From positions 1 through 54,981 of the forward strand of contig CAILLM010000006.1 in assembly GCA_903835075.1 (NCBI GenBank): a DNA stretch of 54,981 bases. The letters are read 5' to 3'. Both the position numbers and the translations under genes were made by a program. The DNA is from Candidatus Staskawiczbacteria bacterium. GTDB taxonomy: Bacteria > Patescibacteriota > Minisyncoccia > Minisyncoccales > Staskawiczbacteraceae. The notes under the pieces are model-generated. The model did no database searches, was not told the origin of the DNA, and saw nothing but the letters and a program-made list of their open reading frames with translations. Shown in pieces: positions 43,376-52,756 of the stretch (positions within the stretch are counted from its first letter, which is position 1; the number at the start of each line of letters is the position of its first letter).

Positions 43376-45811
43376 TTATATGACTATGTTGATTAATTTA
43401 TTATACACAAAAACTATTTTTTTTACCTCGGCGTCACCAATTAGGACTTTTATTTTTTCAGATTTTAAAACTAATTTTTCAACTTCTTTTTGTGAAGAAC
43501 CAGCCTTCATTTCTATTTTGTCGCGTACTTTCCCGTTTATTTGTACTATTAAAAGTACTCTTTTTTCTTCAATTAATTTTTCATCATACTTTGGCCATTT
43601 CTGTTGGCAACATAGATCTTTGTTACCCAAACTTACCCATAGTTCTTCGGCTAAGTGCGGAGCAAACGGAGAAAAAATTCTCAAAAAGTCAGCCAAGTCT
43701 TTTTTATCTAAACCATTTTCCGAAGTCTGCCATGCGTTTACAAATTCCATCATTGAGCTAATTGCAGTATTAAATTTTAAATTTTCAACATCTTCCCCAA
43801 CTTTCTTAATTGTTTTATGTAAAACTTTTTTCAGCGCCTCATCAGTCTTAGTAGCCATTTTCTTCTGTGCAGCTAAATTGTAAACTTTATCAACAAATCT
43901 TCGGCAACCCACCACCCCCTTCGTATCCCAGGGAATCATTTGCTCAAATGGTCCCATAAACATTTCATAAATTCTTAAAGTATCGGCGCCATATTGCTTT
44001 ATAATTGTATCGGGGTTTATAACATTTCCTTTTGACTTAGACATTTTGATTCCGCCTTCTCCCAAAACCATTCCATGCGAAGTTCTTTTTTTATAGGGCT
44101 CTGAACCAACACTTGCTGGCACTGCTTTAATGTCCCATAAAAATTTAAAAATAAACCTTGAATATAACAAATGCAAAGTTGTGTGCTCCATCCCTCCGTT
44201 ATACCAATCAACAGGCATCCAATATCTCATAGCTGAGTCATCAGATAATTTTTTATTATTTTTTGGGTCTATGTATCTTAAAAAATACCAATTGCTTCCT
44301 GCCCAATTTGGCATAGTGTCGGTTTCTCTTTGTGCAGGACCCTTGCAATTTGGGCAATCAGTTTTAACCCATTTTTCAATTAAAGAAAGTGGAGATTCTC
44401 CTGTGCCAGTTGGCTTATATTTTTTGACATTAGGTAGCTTTATCGGTAAGTCTTTTTCTTTAACCGGTTGCCAACCGCATTTTTTACAAAATACCATTGG
44501 AATTGGCTCGCCCCAATAATGCTGTCGTGAAAAAACCCAATCTCTCAACTTATAAGTTATTTTTGAGTTTGCTAATCCTTTAGCTGAAAGCCATTCAATT
44601 ATTTTTGGTCTAGCATCAGCAGACTTTAAACCATCAAATTCTTGAGAGTTATAAAGTGTTCCGTCGTCTTCAAAACATTCTTCTAAGTTTTTTACTTTTT
44701 GGGTTAATTCTTCATTGTCAGGTTTTATGGAAGTACGTAAAGGTATCCCATATTTCTTTGCCATTTTAAAATCTCTTTTATCATGGGCATCAGCAAAAAC
44801 AGCTCCCGTACCATAGTGGTCTAAAACAAAGTCAGCTGTCCAAACTGGCATTTCTTCGTTGGTTACAGGATTTCTAACCATAATCCCTTTCAACTGCACC
44901 CCTGTAATTTCTTTATCTTGATTTGTCCTGTCCATATCTGACGCGTTCTTCGCACCTTCTCTATATGCCAAAACTTCTTCAATATTTTCAATTTTATTTC
45001 TGTATTTATCAATAAAACTGTGCTCTGGAGACAAAATTAAAAATGTTCCAGAAAAAATTGTATCAACCCTGGTTGTAAAAACTTCTAAGTCTTCATCAAT
45101 TCCCTCAACATGAAATTTAACCACTGCTCCATGCGACTGGCCAATCCAATCTCTTTGTTGAGTTTTAATTTTTTCTAGATAGTCAACATCCTCTAAATCT
45201 TTAATTAATCTTTCAGCATAATTGGTAATTTTTATCATCCACTGATCTTTTTCCTTTTTTTCTACTTTTGTCCCACACCTCTCACACTTTCCATCAATTA
45301 CTTCTTCATTAGCTAAACCAATCTTATCTTTCGGACACCAATTTATAGAAATTTTACTTTTGTACGCTAATCCATTTTTAAATAATTGTATAAAAATCCA
45401 CTGCGTCCATTTATAATATTTTGGATCTGTTGTATCAATTTCACGGCTCCAATCAAAAGACAAACCTAAGTTCTGCATTTGACTTCTAAAATTATCTGTA
45501 TTCTTCTTTGTAACTACCGATGGGTGAACTCCTTTTTTAATAGCATAATTTTCTGTTGGTAAACCAAAAGCATCCCAACCCATTGGATACAAAACATTAT
45601 AACCTTGCATTCGGCGTTTGCGGGCAATTATGTCAAAAGCAGTAAAGCTTCGGCAATGCCCTACATGAAGCCCATCTCCCGAAGGGTATGGAAACTCCAC
45701 CAAAAGATAATATTTCTTCTTTTTAGAGCCATTTTTAGCCTTAAAAACGCCCGACGAGTACCACTTATTCTGCCATTTCTGCTCTATTTTTTTAGGATTA
45801 TATTTTGCCAT
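43376..45811 (-). CDS. leuS: Leucine--tRNA ligase
   Basis: FPYPSG, HVGH, SRQHYWG and KMSKS. Confidence 0.97.
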   Translation of the reverse strand: MAKYNPKKIEQKWQNKWYSSGVFKAKNGSKKKKYYLLVEFPYPSGDGLHVGHCRSFTAFDIIARKRRMQGYNVLYPMGWDAFGLPTENYAIKKGVHPSVVTKKNTDNFRSQMQNLGLSFDWSREIDTTDPKYYKWTQWIFIQLFKNGLAYKSKISINWCPKDKIGLANEEVIDGKCERCGTKVEKKEKDQWMIKITNYAERLIKDLEDVDYLEKIKTQQRDWIGQSHGAVVKFHVEGIDEDLEVFTTRVDTIFSGTFLILSPEHSFIDKYRNKIENIEEVLAYREGAKNASDMDRTNQDKEITGVQLKGIMVRNPVTNEEMPVWTADFVLDHYGTGAVFADAHDKRDFKMAKKYGIPLRTSIKPDNEELTQKVKNLEECFEDDGTLYNSQEFDGLKSADARPKIIEWLSAKGLANSKITYKLRDWVFSRQHYWGEPIPMVFCKKCGWQPVKEKDLPIKLPNVKKYKPTGTGESPLSLIEKWVKTDCPNCKGPAQRETDTMPNWAGSNWYFLRYIDPKNNKKLSDDSAMRYWMPVDWYNGGMEHTTLHLLYSRFIFKFLWDIKAVPASVGSEPYKKRTSHGMVLGEGGIKMSKSKGNVINPDTIIKQYGADTLRIYEMFMGPFEQMIPWDTKGVVGCRRFVDKVYNLAAQKKMATKTDEALKKVLHKTIKKVGEDVENLKFNTAISSMMEFVNAWQTSENGLDKKDLADFLRIFSPFAPHLAEELWVSLGNKDLCCQQKWPKYDEKLIEEKRVLLIVQINGKVRDKIEMKAGSSQKEVEKLVLKSEKIKVLIGDAEVKKIVFVYNKLINIVI

Positions 45812-45858
45812 AGTATTTTCCTATAATAGCACAATCATATAAATTTTAAAGCCCCAAC

Positions 45859-45885
45859 AAAAAACCGCCCTTTGGGGCAGTTTTT
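45859..45885. terminator. Terminator after tatD
   Basis: AAAAAACCGCCC-TTT-GGGGCAGTTTTT. Confidence 0.65.
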
Positions 45886-45886
45886 A

Positions 45887-46729
45887 CTATATTTTAAACA
45901 ATTTTTTAGCGTTTGCAGTTGTTGCAGAGGCAACTTCATCAAAACTTAGACCTTTTAGATCGGCTATTTTCTGGATAACGTGTTTTACAAATATTGGCTC
46001 GTTTCGGGCGTCCTTCGCTGTTCCCTCCTTCGCCAAGGCTACGGCGGGCAAGGGTGTTAGATAAGGGCAGTCAGTTTCAACTACAATTTTATCTAAAGGA
46101 ATTTTTCTAATGATTTCATCAATATCAAATTTAAAAATAATTCCATTAATTCCAATACAAAAACCTAAAGCTAAATATTTTTCTGCTTCTTCCCATGTTC
46201 CTGTAAAACAATGAATTGTTCCTGAGACTTTGTGTTTTTCTAAAATTGCCAAAGCATCTTCATGGGCCATTCTGCAGTGCACAATTAAGGGCAGGCCCAA
46301 CTCCTCTGCTAACTCAATTTGCTGAATAAAAACTTTTCTTTGATTTTCTTTAAATTCTTCTTTTTTTGTTGTGCCTTTTGGTTTGTAATAGTAGTCCAAA
46401 CCAACTTCACCAATTGCCACCACTTTTTTTGACTTTGCTAATTCTCTGTATTTTTCCTTATCAAAAACCTCTCCAAGGGGAGCAAAATCACCTTCATCTA
46501 AGTCCATATGCAACTTCATTAAATCAGTTTTTATATGAATTGGGTGCATTCCAATTGCAGCATATATTCCTTCATTTTTTTCTGCCAACTCAATAGCATG
46601 TTGTGAGGTTTCATATTTTGTACCAACATCTATGCAAACACCCCCCGCCACTTGCGTGCGTTTTATTACCTCACCCCTATCGGCATCATACGCCTTAAAA
46701 TTTAAATGACTATGTGTGTCTATTATCAT
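45887..46729 (-). CDS. tatD: TatD family hydrolase
   Basis: IDTHSH, GMHP, IGEVGLDY, HCR, HCF and ETDCPY; start reassigned to 46729. Confidence 0.95.
   Translation of the reverse strand: MIIDTHSHLNFKAYDADRGEVIKRTQVAGGVCIDVGTKYETSQHAIELAEKNEGIYAAIGMHPIHIKTDLMKLHMDLDEGDFAPLGEVFDKEKYRELAKSKKVVAIGEVGLDYYYKPKGTTKKEEFKENQRKVFIQQIELAEELGLPLIVHCRMAHEDALAILEKHKVSGTIHCFTGTWEEAEKYLALGFCIGINGIIFKFDIDEIIRKIPLDKIVVETDCPYLTPLPAVALAKEGTAKDARNEPIFVKHVIQKIADLKGLSFDEVASATTANAKKLFKI
46023..46051 (-). repeat. Family B repeat, in frame in tatD
   Basis: TTGCCCGCCGTAGCCTTGGCGAAGGAGGG; encodes LPAVALAKEG between PYLTP and RNEP. Confidence 0.88.
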
Positions 46730-46731
46730 GA

Positions 46732-48459
46732 TTATATTATTTCTTGTTGATAACATTGCTCGCAATAGACTATTTCTGACCTATCTGGTGCATAAGAGGT
46801 TTCAAATTCATTGTTGCAACCTTCGTTCATACATTTTCTGTGCCAAAGTCTCATAGAACTTTGGTTTTTAACTCTTCTTACGTGTCTACAATTATGACAC
46901 AAATGCGGAATCGGCAACTTATGAAATCTATAAAAATCCAATTCCTGCTTTGTAATTTTGAAAGCCGTTGTGCATCTACAAGCACATTCGCCTTTGTGGG
47001 CACAACCCATAGTTTCTTTTAATATGTCATCTGTAACGTCTTTTATATTATCTGATAGTTTCTCTGACTCCAATGTAACTTTATAATCTTTTTGCCCAGC
47101 TTCTTGCCACCTGAAGCCTTGGTCTAAAGCTTGCTGCTTGGTTATAGGGAAATCATCTGCAGCCACTGTTTCATTATAAGCAAACGGAGCAAGCTCTGGC
47201 GGGAAAAATTCTCCATATTTATATGTCCTGCCTTTCACATCAACATACGGCATTTCGTCCATGTGCTTAATAATCTTTGGCACCAACTCCTCATACTCTT
47301 TTCTAGTATATTGTTTATTAAAAATACAATATTGTTTTTGTTGCAAGCCCACACAGCCGAAAAGGTTAGACGAAGAATTGCATAACATGCAATAAGTACA
47401 ATTATGTGCTGCTTTTGTAACTCTGTAACTCAGCTTTATATTAGAGCATTCTTCTCCGCAACTTGATACTTCATATATAAGCTCTATATTTTGCCCGTAA
47501 AGCGAAACGTCCATGGCATCTTTAGTGGTTGGAGTTATCATATATTGAATATACCTACAGTCTTCGCCGTTTTGGACATAATAAGAATCGCGAACATTTT
47601 TAGAATTGTTAATATACTCTCCGGAAATGTTGAAATTATGTTTTCCGTGGGCAAAACGCACAATACTTTTTGAAAAAATATCCTCAACTTTCTCTTTAAA
47701 CGCTTCTACATTCTTTGCTGACCCAAAATCAAATTCCGCAAATTTTTTCTTATATTCTTCTTTGCTGTATGGCTGATTAAAAATATGATATTGCTTGTTG
47801 CGCAAATTAACGCAACCAATACAATTCATACAACCCTGCAAATTTTTAGAAAACCAAATATCCACACAATCCTCACAATCGGTTGAAAAAAATACTTTGC
47901 TCGATTTAACTACATAAAATGATTCATAGCAATATTCCGAAAATTGTAACCTTGTAGTGTCGATACAATTTTTGATATTATTTGCCCAAGCCGAATACAT
48001 ACAATCCTCGCCCCACGTGACAACAAAAGTTAAATAACAATTTTTTAAGCCAGTTGCTCCCGAGCAATAATCACTATTTTCATCATACCACATCGTCTGA
48101 CTGGCTCTAGGAACTTTTAAAGATAACTCTCGGAGCTGTTCAAAAAATGGCTTAGAAAAATCATAATCTTTTTCATATTCCATCGGGTCCCATTTATCTG
48201 AAAACCAAATGTCTTTTTCATAAACCTTGTATGGAGAATCCGGATGAATTATAGAAAAAATTGTTTCTCCGCTCCAGTCGCTCTTCCTTTTATAAAGCAC
48301 GCGGAAATCTCTCCAAGCCAGACGCCTTTGAGCACGACATTTTGGACACCAAGTTGGCGCTGGCACCTTCATTTTTTCATAGAATGCAAAGCCATCTGGC
48401 TCTATAGTAAAGTCTTTTTTACAGTTTTGACATGATTTAGCTTCACTCCTTTCTTCCAT
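46732..48459 (-). CDS. Cys-rich zinc-ribbon protein, function unknown (paralog 2)
   Basis: Shares CQNCKKDF, KVPAPT, YKYGEFFP and NEFETSYAPDR..IVYCE.CYQQEI with 15276..16997. Confidence 0.88.
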   Translation of the reverse strand: MEERSEAKSCQNCKKDFTIEPDGFAFYEKMKVPAPTWCPKCRAQRRLAWRDFRVLYKRKSDWSGETIFSIIHPDSPYKVYEKDIWFSDKWDPMEYEKDYDFSKPFFEQLRELSLKVPRASQTMWYDENSDYCSGATGLKNCYLTFVVTWGEDCMYSAWANNIKNCIDTTRLQFSEYCYESFYVVKSSKVFFSTDCEDCVDIWFSKNLQGCMNCIGCVNLRNKQYHIFNQPYSKEEYKKKFAEFDFGSAKNVEAFKEKVEDIFSKSIVRFAHGKHNFNISGEYINNSKNVRDSYYVQNGEDCRYIQYMITPTTKDAMDVSLYGQNIELIYEVSSCGEECSNIKLSYRVTKAAHNCTYCMLCNSSSNLFGCVGLQQKQYCIFNKQYTRKEYEELVPKIIKHMDEMPYVDVKGRTYKYGEFFPPELAPFAYNETVAADDFPITKQQALDQGFRWQEAGQKDYKVTLESEKLSDNIKDVTDDILKETMGCAHKGECACRCTTAFKITKQELDFYRFHKLPIPHLCHNCRHVRRVKNQSSMRLWHRKCMNEGCNNEFETSYAPDRSEIVYCEQCYQQEII

Positions 48460-48468
48460 AATTTGTTT

Positions 48469-48488
48469 AGGTTGCCCTAGGGCAACCT
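48469..48488. promoter_or_regulatory. Perfect 20-bp palindrome, covariant of the 17018/17262 motif
   Basis: AGGTTGCCCTAGGGCAACCT, 9 nt upstream of the paralog 2 ATG. Confidence 0.7.
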
Positions 48489-48495
48489 GGGACTT

Positions 48496-49917
48496 TTATT
48501 TTTCTATTCGTGGAAATAATGGCACTGATTGTTTATTTGCCAACTGTTGTAATATTTTTTCTGCAATTTCGGGCAAAAAGGGTTGCAACAAAATTCCGAT
48601 TTCTTTTATGGCAAAAAATAAATCACTTATAACTTGCTGGTTTTGAGTTTGCCACAACTTTTCTTCATTTATATATTTGTCACAAAAACCAATAATTTCC
48701 CAAACACTTGCTAAAGCTTCATTAAATTTAAATTCTTCTAAAGATTTTTTGTAATTTTGTTTAGCTCCTTTAATTGCTTCTGTTATTTTTTTGCTCGGTT
48801 TCGATTCCTTAAATTCAATTTTAGATGAAATTCCCAATGTTCTAGCCACTAGATTTCCAATTCCACCGGCTAAGTCTGAATTGTACCTTTGTTCAAATTT
48901 TTCAAAAGTAAAATCTCCATCTTCAGTTGAAACAATTTCACGAAGCAAATAATACCTAACTGCATCAACTCCATATTTTGCCACCAACTCAAACGGATCA
49001 ATTACATTACCCAAGGACTTAGACATTTTTTGGCCATCAACATTTATAAACCCGTGTACAAAAACAGATTTCGGCAATTCTAATTTTGCTGACAAAAGCA
49101 TGGCTGGCCAAAAAATTGTATGAAACTTCATTATGTCTTTTCCTATGCAGTGTACATCGGCTGGCCATAATTTTTTAAATTGCTTTGCTTCTTGGTCATA
49201 TCCAATAGCTGAAATGTAGTTTGGCAAAGCATCACACCAAACATACATTACTTGCTCTGAATCACCAGGAACTTCAAACCCCCAGTATTTATCTTTTGTC
49301 CTAGAAAAACTAACGTCATCCATGCCCTGTTTCAACATGGCCAAAGTCTCATTCTTTTTTCCTTCGGGGATAATTTTTAATTTTCCACTCTTAATTATTT
49401 TTTCAATTTGCTCTGTATATTTTGAAAGTTTGAAAAAATAGTTTTCTTCTTCCACCAACTCCAATTCCTTTAAATGAATTACACACTTTCCATCAATCAT
49501 TTCTTTTTCGGTTTTAAAAGCTTCGCAACCAGGGCAATAATAACCTTTATATTTTTTCTTATAAATATCTCCACTTGCATCTAATTTTTCCCAAAGTTTT
49601 TGTACCGCTGGTTTATGCCTAAGCTCATCAGTGGTTCTAATAAAATCACTATTAGATATATTTAAAACCTTTGTCAGATTTCTAAATTTCTCTGAAATTT
49701 CATCAGCATACTCTTTTGGTTCTTTGCCTAGCTCTCTGGCAACTCTTAAGGTTTTGATACCATGCTCGTCTGTACCAGTTAAAAAAAATACTTCTTCTCC
49801 CAAGCTTTTATGATATCTTGCTAATACGTCTGCCTGCACAGCTTCCAACGCAAAACCAATGTGCGGAGGCGCATTTGTGTAAGGAATACTAGTTGTGATA
49901 TAAAATTTTTTTGACAT
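48496..49917 (-). CDS. metG: Methionine--tRNA ligase (short form)
   Basis: HIGF, GTDEHG, YVWCDAL, GKDI and KMSKS. Confidence 0.96.
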   Translation of the reverse strand: MSKKFYITTSIPYTNAPPHIGFALEAVQADVLARYHKSLGEEVFFLTGTDEHGIKTLRVARELGKEPKEYADEISEKFRNLTKVLNISNSDFIRTTDELRHKPAVQKLWEKLDASGDIYKKKYKGYYCPGCEAFKTEKEMIDGKCVIHLKELELVEEENYFFKLSKYTEQIEKIIKSGKLKIIPEGKKNETLAMLKQGMDDVSFSRTKDKYWGFEVPGDSEQVMYVWCDALPNYISAIGYDQEAKQFKKLWPADVHCIGKDIMKFHTIFWPAMLLSAKLELPKSVFVHGFINVDGQKMSKSLGNVIDPFELVAKYGVDAVRYYLLREIVSTEDGDFTFEKFEQRYNSDLAGGIGNLVARTLGISSKIEFKESKPSKKITEAIKGAKQNYKKSLEEFKFNEALASVWEIIGFCDKYINEEKLWQTQNQQVISDLFFAIKEIGILLQPFLPEIAEKILQQLANKQSVPLFPRIEK

Positions 49918-49963
49918 AATATGTTATAATTATCTAATTCTATAACTTTTTAACTAAATTTCA

Positions 49964-50455
49964 ATGATTTTATTTGTACACATGTTGTTTGGTGCTGCTG
50001 TGGGGTCTTCTATGAAATATATACCACTAGCCATAATTATGGCATTTTTAAGTCACTATTTCTTAGATTTCATTCCTCACATAGATTATGATGTGCGAAC
50101 AAAAAAAGGAAAATATTTATACGGACGTCTACCCGCAATTACAAAAGTATTTTTTGACATGTGCCTAGGATTTTTACTTATTTTTATATTTTCCAAATCA
50201 ACCCTGCCTACTGGCAAGCAAACTATAATTTATCTATATGCAATCATAGCAATTATTCCAGACAGTTTGACTGTTTTGAGTGGCATTTTTCCAAATAAAA
50301 TATTAAAGGCTCATACCCATATTCATACTCAAAAGGTCCACTTTTTAAAGGAAGACCCTTCGGCAGGCTCAGGGCAAGAAAAAATCTCCAGGTTTTGGAG
50401 AATTTTTAGCCAAATAGCCACAGTTATAATTTCTATAATTCTAATCAGACTCTAG
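49964..50455 (+). CDS. Hypothetical membrane protein (metal-dependent hydrolase-like H/D motifs)
   Basis: HMLFG, SHYFLDFIPH and IIPD motifs; several TM segments. Confidence 0.7.
   Translation: MILFVHMLFGAAVGSSMKYIPLAIIMAFLSHYFLDFIPHIDYDVRTKKGKYLYGRLPAITKVFFDMCLGFLLIFIFSKSTLPTGKQTIIYLYAIIAIIPDSLTVLSGIFPNKILKAHTHIHTQKVHFLKEDPSAGSGQEKISRFWRIFSQIATVIISIILIRL
50356..50378 (+). repeat. Family A repeat in frame, plus a degenerate CCTGCCTACTGGCAAGC hairpin near 50203-50219
   Basis: CCCTTCGGCAGGCTCAGGGCAAG encodes PSAGSGQ. Confidence 0.85.
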
Positions 50456-51475
50456 CCCCTCTTGTTTTCTTTTTTCTAAAAATTCTTTTACGAATTCATA
50501 TATAATACCAAAAATTGGAACGGCAAAAATTATACCTAGAAACCCAAAAATTTTAGCGCCCAACAATAAAGAAACCAAAACTAAGACTGGCGGAATATCA
50601 GTCATTTTTTTCATTAATAATGGAGTCAAAAGCTTGTTCTCTATTTCTTGAACCAAGGTTACCGCAATTAAAACATACAGCACTGTCATCCAGTTTCCAG
50701 TTGAAACGGCAATAATTGTTATTAGCAAAATACTCGTTATCCATGGTCCAATATATGGTATAAAATTTAAGAATCCTGAAATCAAAGCCAAAAGAAAGGC
50801 ATATTTCACCCCAAAAATATAAAATACTATATATGAAGCAATCCCAATAAAAAGACATGCTAACAATCTTGCCCCAAACCATCCTGCAACTTTTGTTTGG
50901 ACTCTCTCAAAAATGTTTTTAATTTGCTCCTCATATCTTGGGGGACAAACCAACAACAAAACTTTTTCCACTGCGCCATCTTCTAAAGAAAGGAAAAATG
51001 ACATTGTTAATATAGAAACAGTTGCTGCTATCCCACCAAAAAATACCATCAAGGCTTTTATTATGCTTTGCGAGCTTTGCTGCAAATTATTGGAAAGAAT
51101 ACTGGTGAAACCATCAAAGTTTTGAGCAGTATCAACGCCAAATTGCCTTAAAACTGGGCTTACTTGCTCGAAATATGCTGGTAAATATTGGAGAAATTGA
51201 CGTATTTCAGAAACAAACACTGGAGCTGTAACATAAATTAGAAGCCCCAAAACTCCAAATATTGAAATATATACTAAAAATACAGCTATAACTTTTGGAA
51301 TATGTAGTCTCCTCAAAAAATAAATCGCAGGATCTAACAAAATAGAGACTGCCAATGCAGAAAAAAGCCAAAGAGCAATTTCTTTAGCTAAATATATAAT
51401 ATAGAAAATAAAAATCGCTACAAATATTTTTGCAATTGTTGCCCATGAAATTTCTAGAATATGTTCATTTGCCAT
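50441..51475 (-). CDS. AI-2E family transporter
   Basis: LLDPAI, NFIPYIGP, QEIENKLLTP and GIIFAVP. Confidence 0.9.
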   Translation of the reverse strand: MANEHILEISWATIAKIFVAIFIFYIIYLAKEIALWLFSALAVSILLDPAIYFLRRLHIPKVIAVFLVYISIFGVLGLLIYVTAPVFVSEIRQFLQYLPAYFEQVSPVLRQFGVDTAQNFDGFTSILSNNLQQSSQSIIKALMVFFGGIAATVSILTMSFFLSLEDGAVEKVLLLVCPPRYEEQIKNIFERVQTKVAGWFGARLLACLFIGIASYIVFYIFGVKYAFLLALISGFLNFIPYIGPWITSILLITIIAVSTGNWMTVLYVLIAVTLVQEIENKLLTPLLMKKMTDIPPVLVLVSLLLGAKIFGFLGIIFAVPIFGIIYEFVKEFLEKRKQEGLESD

Positions 51476-52756
51476 TTAAAATTTTAACAATTTTTTAATT
51501 TTTTCTGATTCTGCCTCTTCATAAGGACCGATAACTGCTAAGTTTAATTTTTCTAAAGCAAAAATATCTTCTGCAACTTTTTTTATATCATCTACAGTAA
51601 CTGCATCAATTTTTTCAAATTTTTCTTCTGGAGTAAGAATATTTTTTTCCAACAATTCTTGTAATCCATAAAATGTAGCTTGATTGTCAGACGAGTCCAA
51701 AGATAATGATGTGGCTCCCTTTATATAGTCTTTTGCTTTTTGTAATTCTTTTTCTGTAATTTTATTATCTCTTAAATCTTTATATTCTTCTAAAATTAAT
51801 TGCACAGACTTTTCTAAGTTTTTATGGTCAATTCCAGCTTGTGTTACCAAATATCCAACATCAGTAGCATTATCAACCGAAGTATGAATAGAATATGCTA
51901 AGCCATTTCTTTCGCGCACTTTTATAAATAACCTAGAGCTCATATTCCCTCCCAAAATAACAGACAAAAGAGCTAGTGCAGATCTTCTTTCATCAAACAA
52001 GTCATAAGCTCTTACTCCCAAACAAAAATGCGTTTGATCTGTTTTTTTATAATGCAACAAAATTTCAGGCTCTGATTGTTTTTCTATTACTTTAAGCTTT
52101 TCGCCTTCACTATTTTTTTCTATATCTTTAAAATACATTTTCACTTTTTCTTCCATTTCTTCAGACTTCATACCTCCAGCCATACAAATAATCACATTTG
52201 AAGAAGAATAATGTGACTTATAATAATTAATAACCTGCTCTTTAGTAAAACTGGATATATTTTCTTTTTCTCCAATCACTCTCCATCCTGCAGGCTGGTC
52301 ACCATATAAAAGCCCCTCCCACAAGTCACCAATGTAAGCTGTTGGGGTGTCTAAATACATGTTTACTTCTTCTATTATCACACCCTTTTCTCTTTCCATT
52401 TCTTTCTCATCAAACTGAGAATTTAAAAAAATATCAGAAATCCAATCTAGGGCAACATCTGCATGCCTTTTATCTACTTTTGCCCAAAAACCCGTTACTT
52501 CTTTTGAGGTAAAGGCATTATATTCTCCGCCAACAGAATCTAATGTTTCTGAAATGCTTAAAGTAGTTGGACGCTTTTTAGTTCCTTTAAAAAACATGTG
52601 CTCTAAAAAATGTGAAATCCCATTTATATCTTTTGTTTCATATTTAGAACCAGCCCCCACTAATATCAAAACTGTCACAGAATTTGCACTTTCTGCAGGA
52701 ACAGTAATAACTCTTAATCCGTTTTCTAAAGTTATTTTTTTATATGAGTTTGCCAT
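51476..52756 (-). CDS. M16 family zinc peptidase (pitrilysin-like)
   Basis: HFLEH (HxxEH), NAFTS and GGNMSSRLF. Confidence 0.93.
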   Translation of the reverse strand: MANSYKKITLENGLRVITVPAESANSVTVLILVGAGSKYETKDINGISHFLEHMFFKGTKKRPTTLSISETLDSVGGEYNAFTSKEVTGFWAKVDKRHADVALDWISDIFLNSQFDEKEMEREKGVIIEEVNMYLDTPTAYIGDLWEGLLYGDQPAGWRVIGEKENISSFTKEQVINYYKSHYSSSNVIICMAGGMKSEEMEEKVKMYFKDIEKNSEGEKLKVIEKQSEPEILLHYKKTDQTHFCLGVRAYDLFDERRSALALLSVILGGNMSSRLFIKVRERNGLAYSIHTSVDNATDVGYLVTQAGIDHKNLEKSVQLILEEYKDLRDNKITEKELQKAKDYIKGATSLSLDSSDNQATFYGLQELLEKNILTPEEKFEKIDAVTVDDIKKVAEDIFALEKLNLAVIGPYEEAESEKIKKLLKF

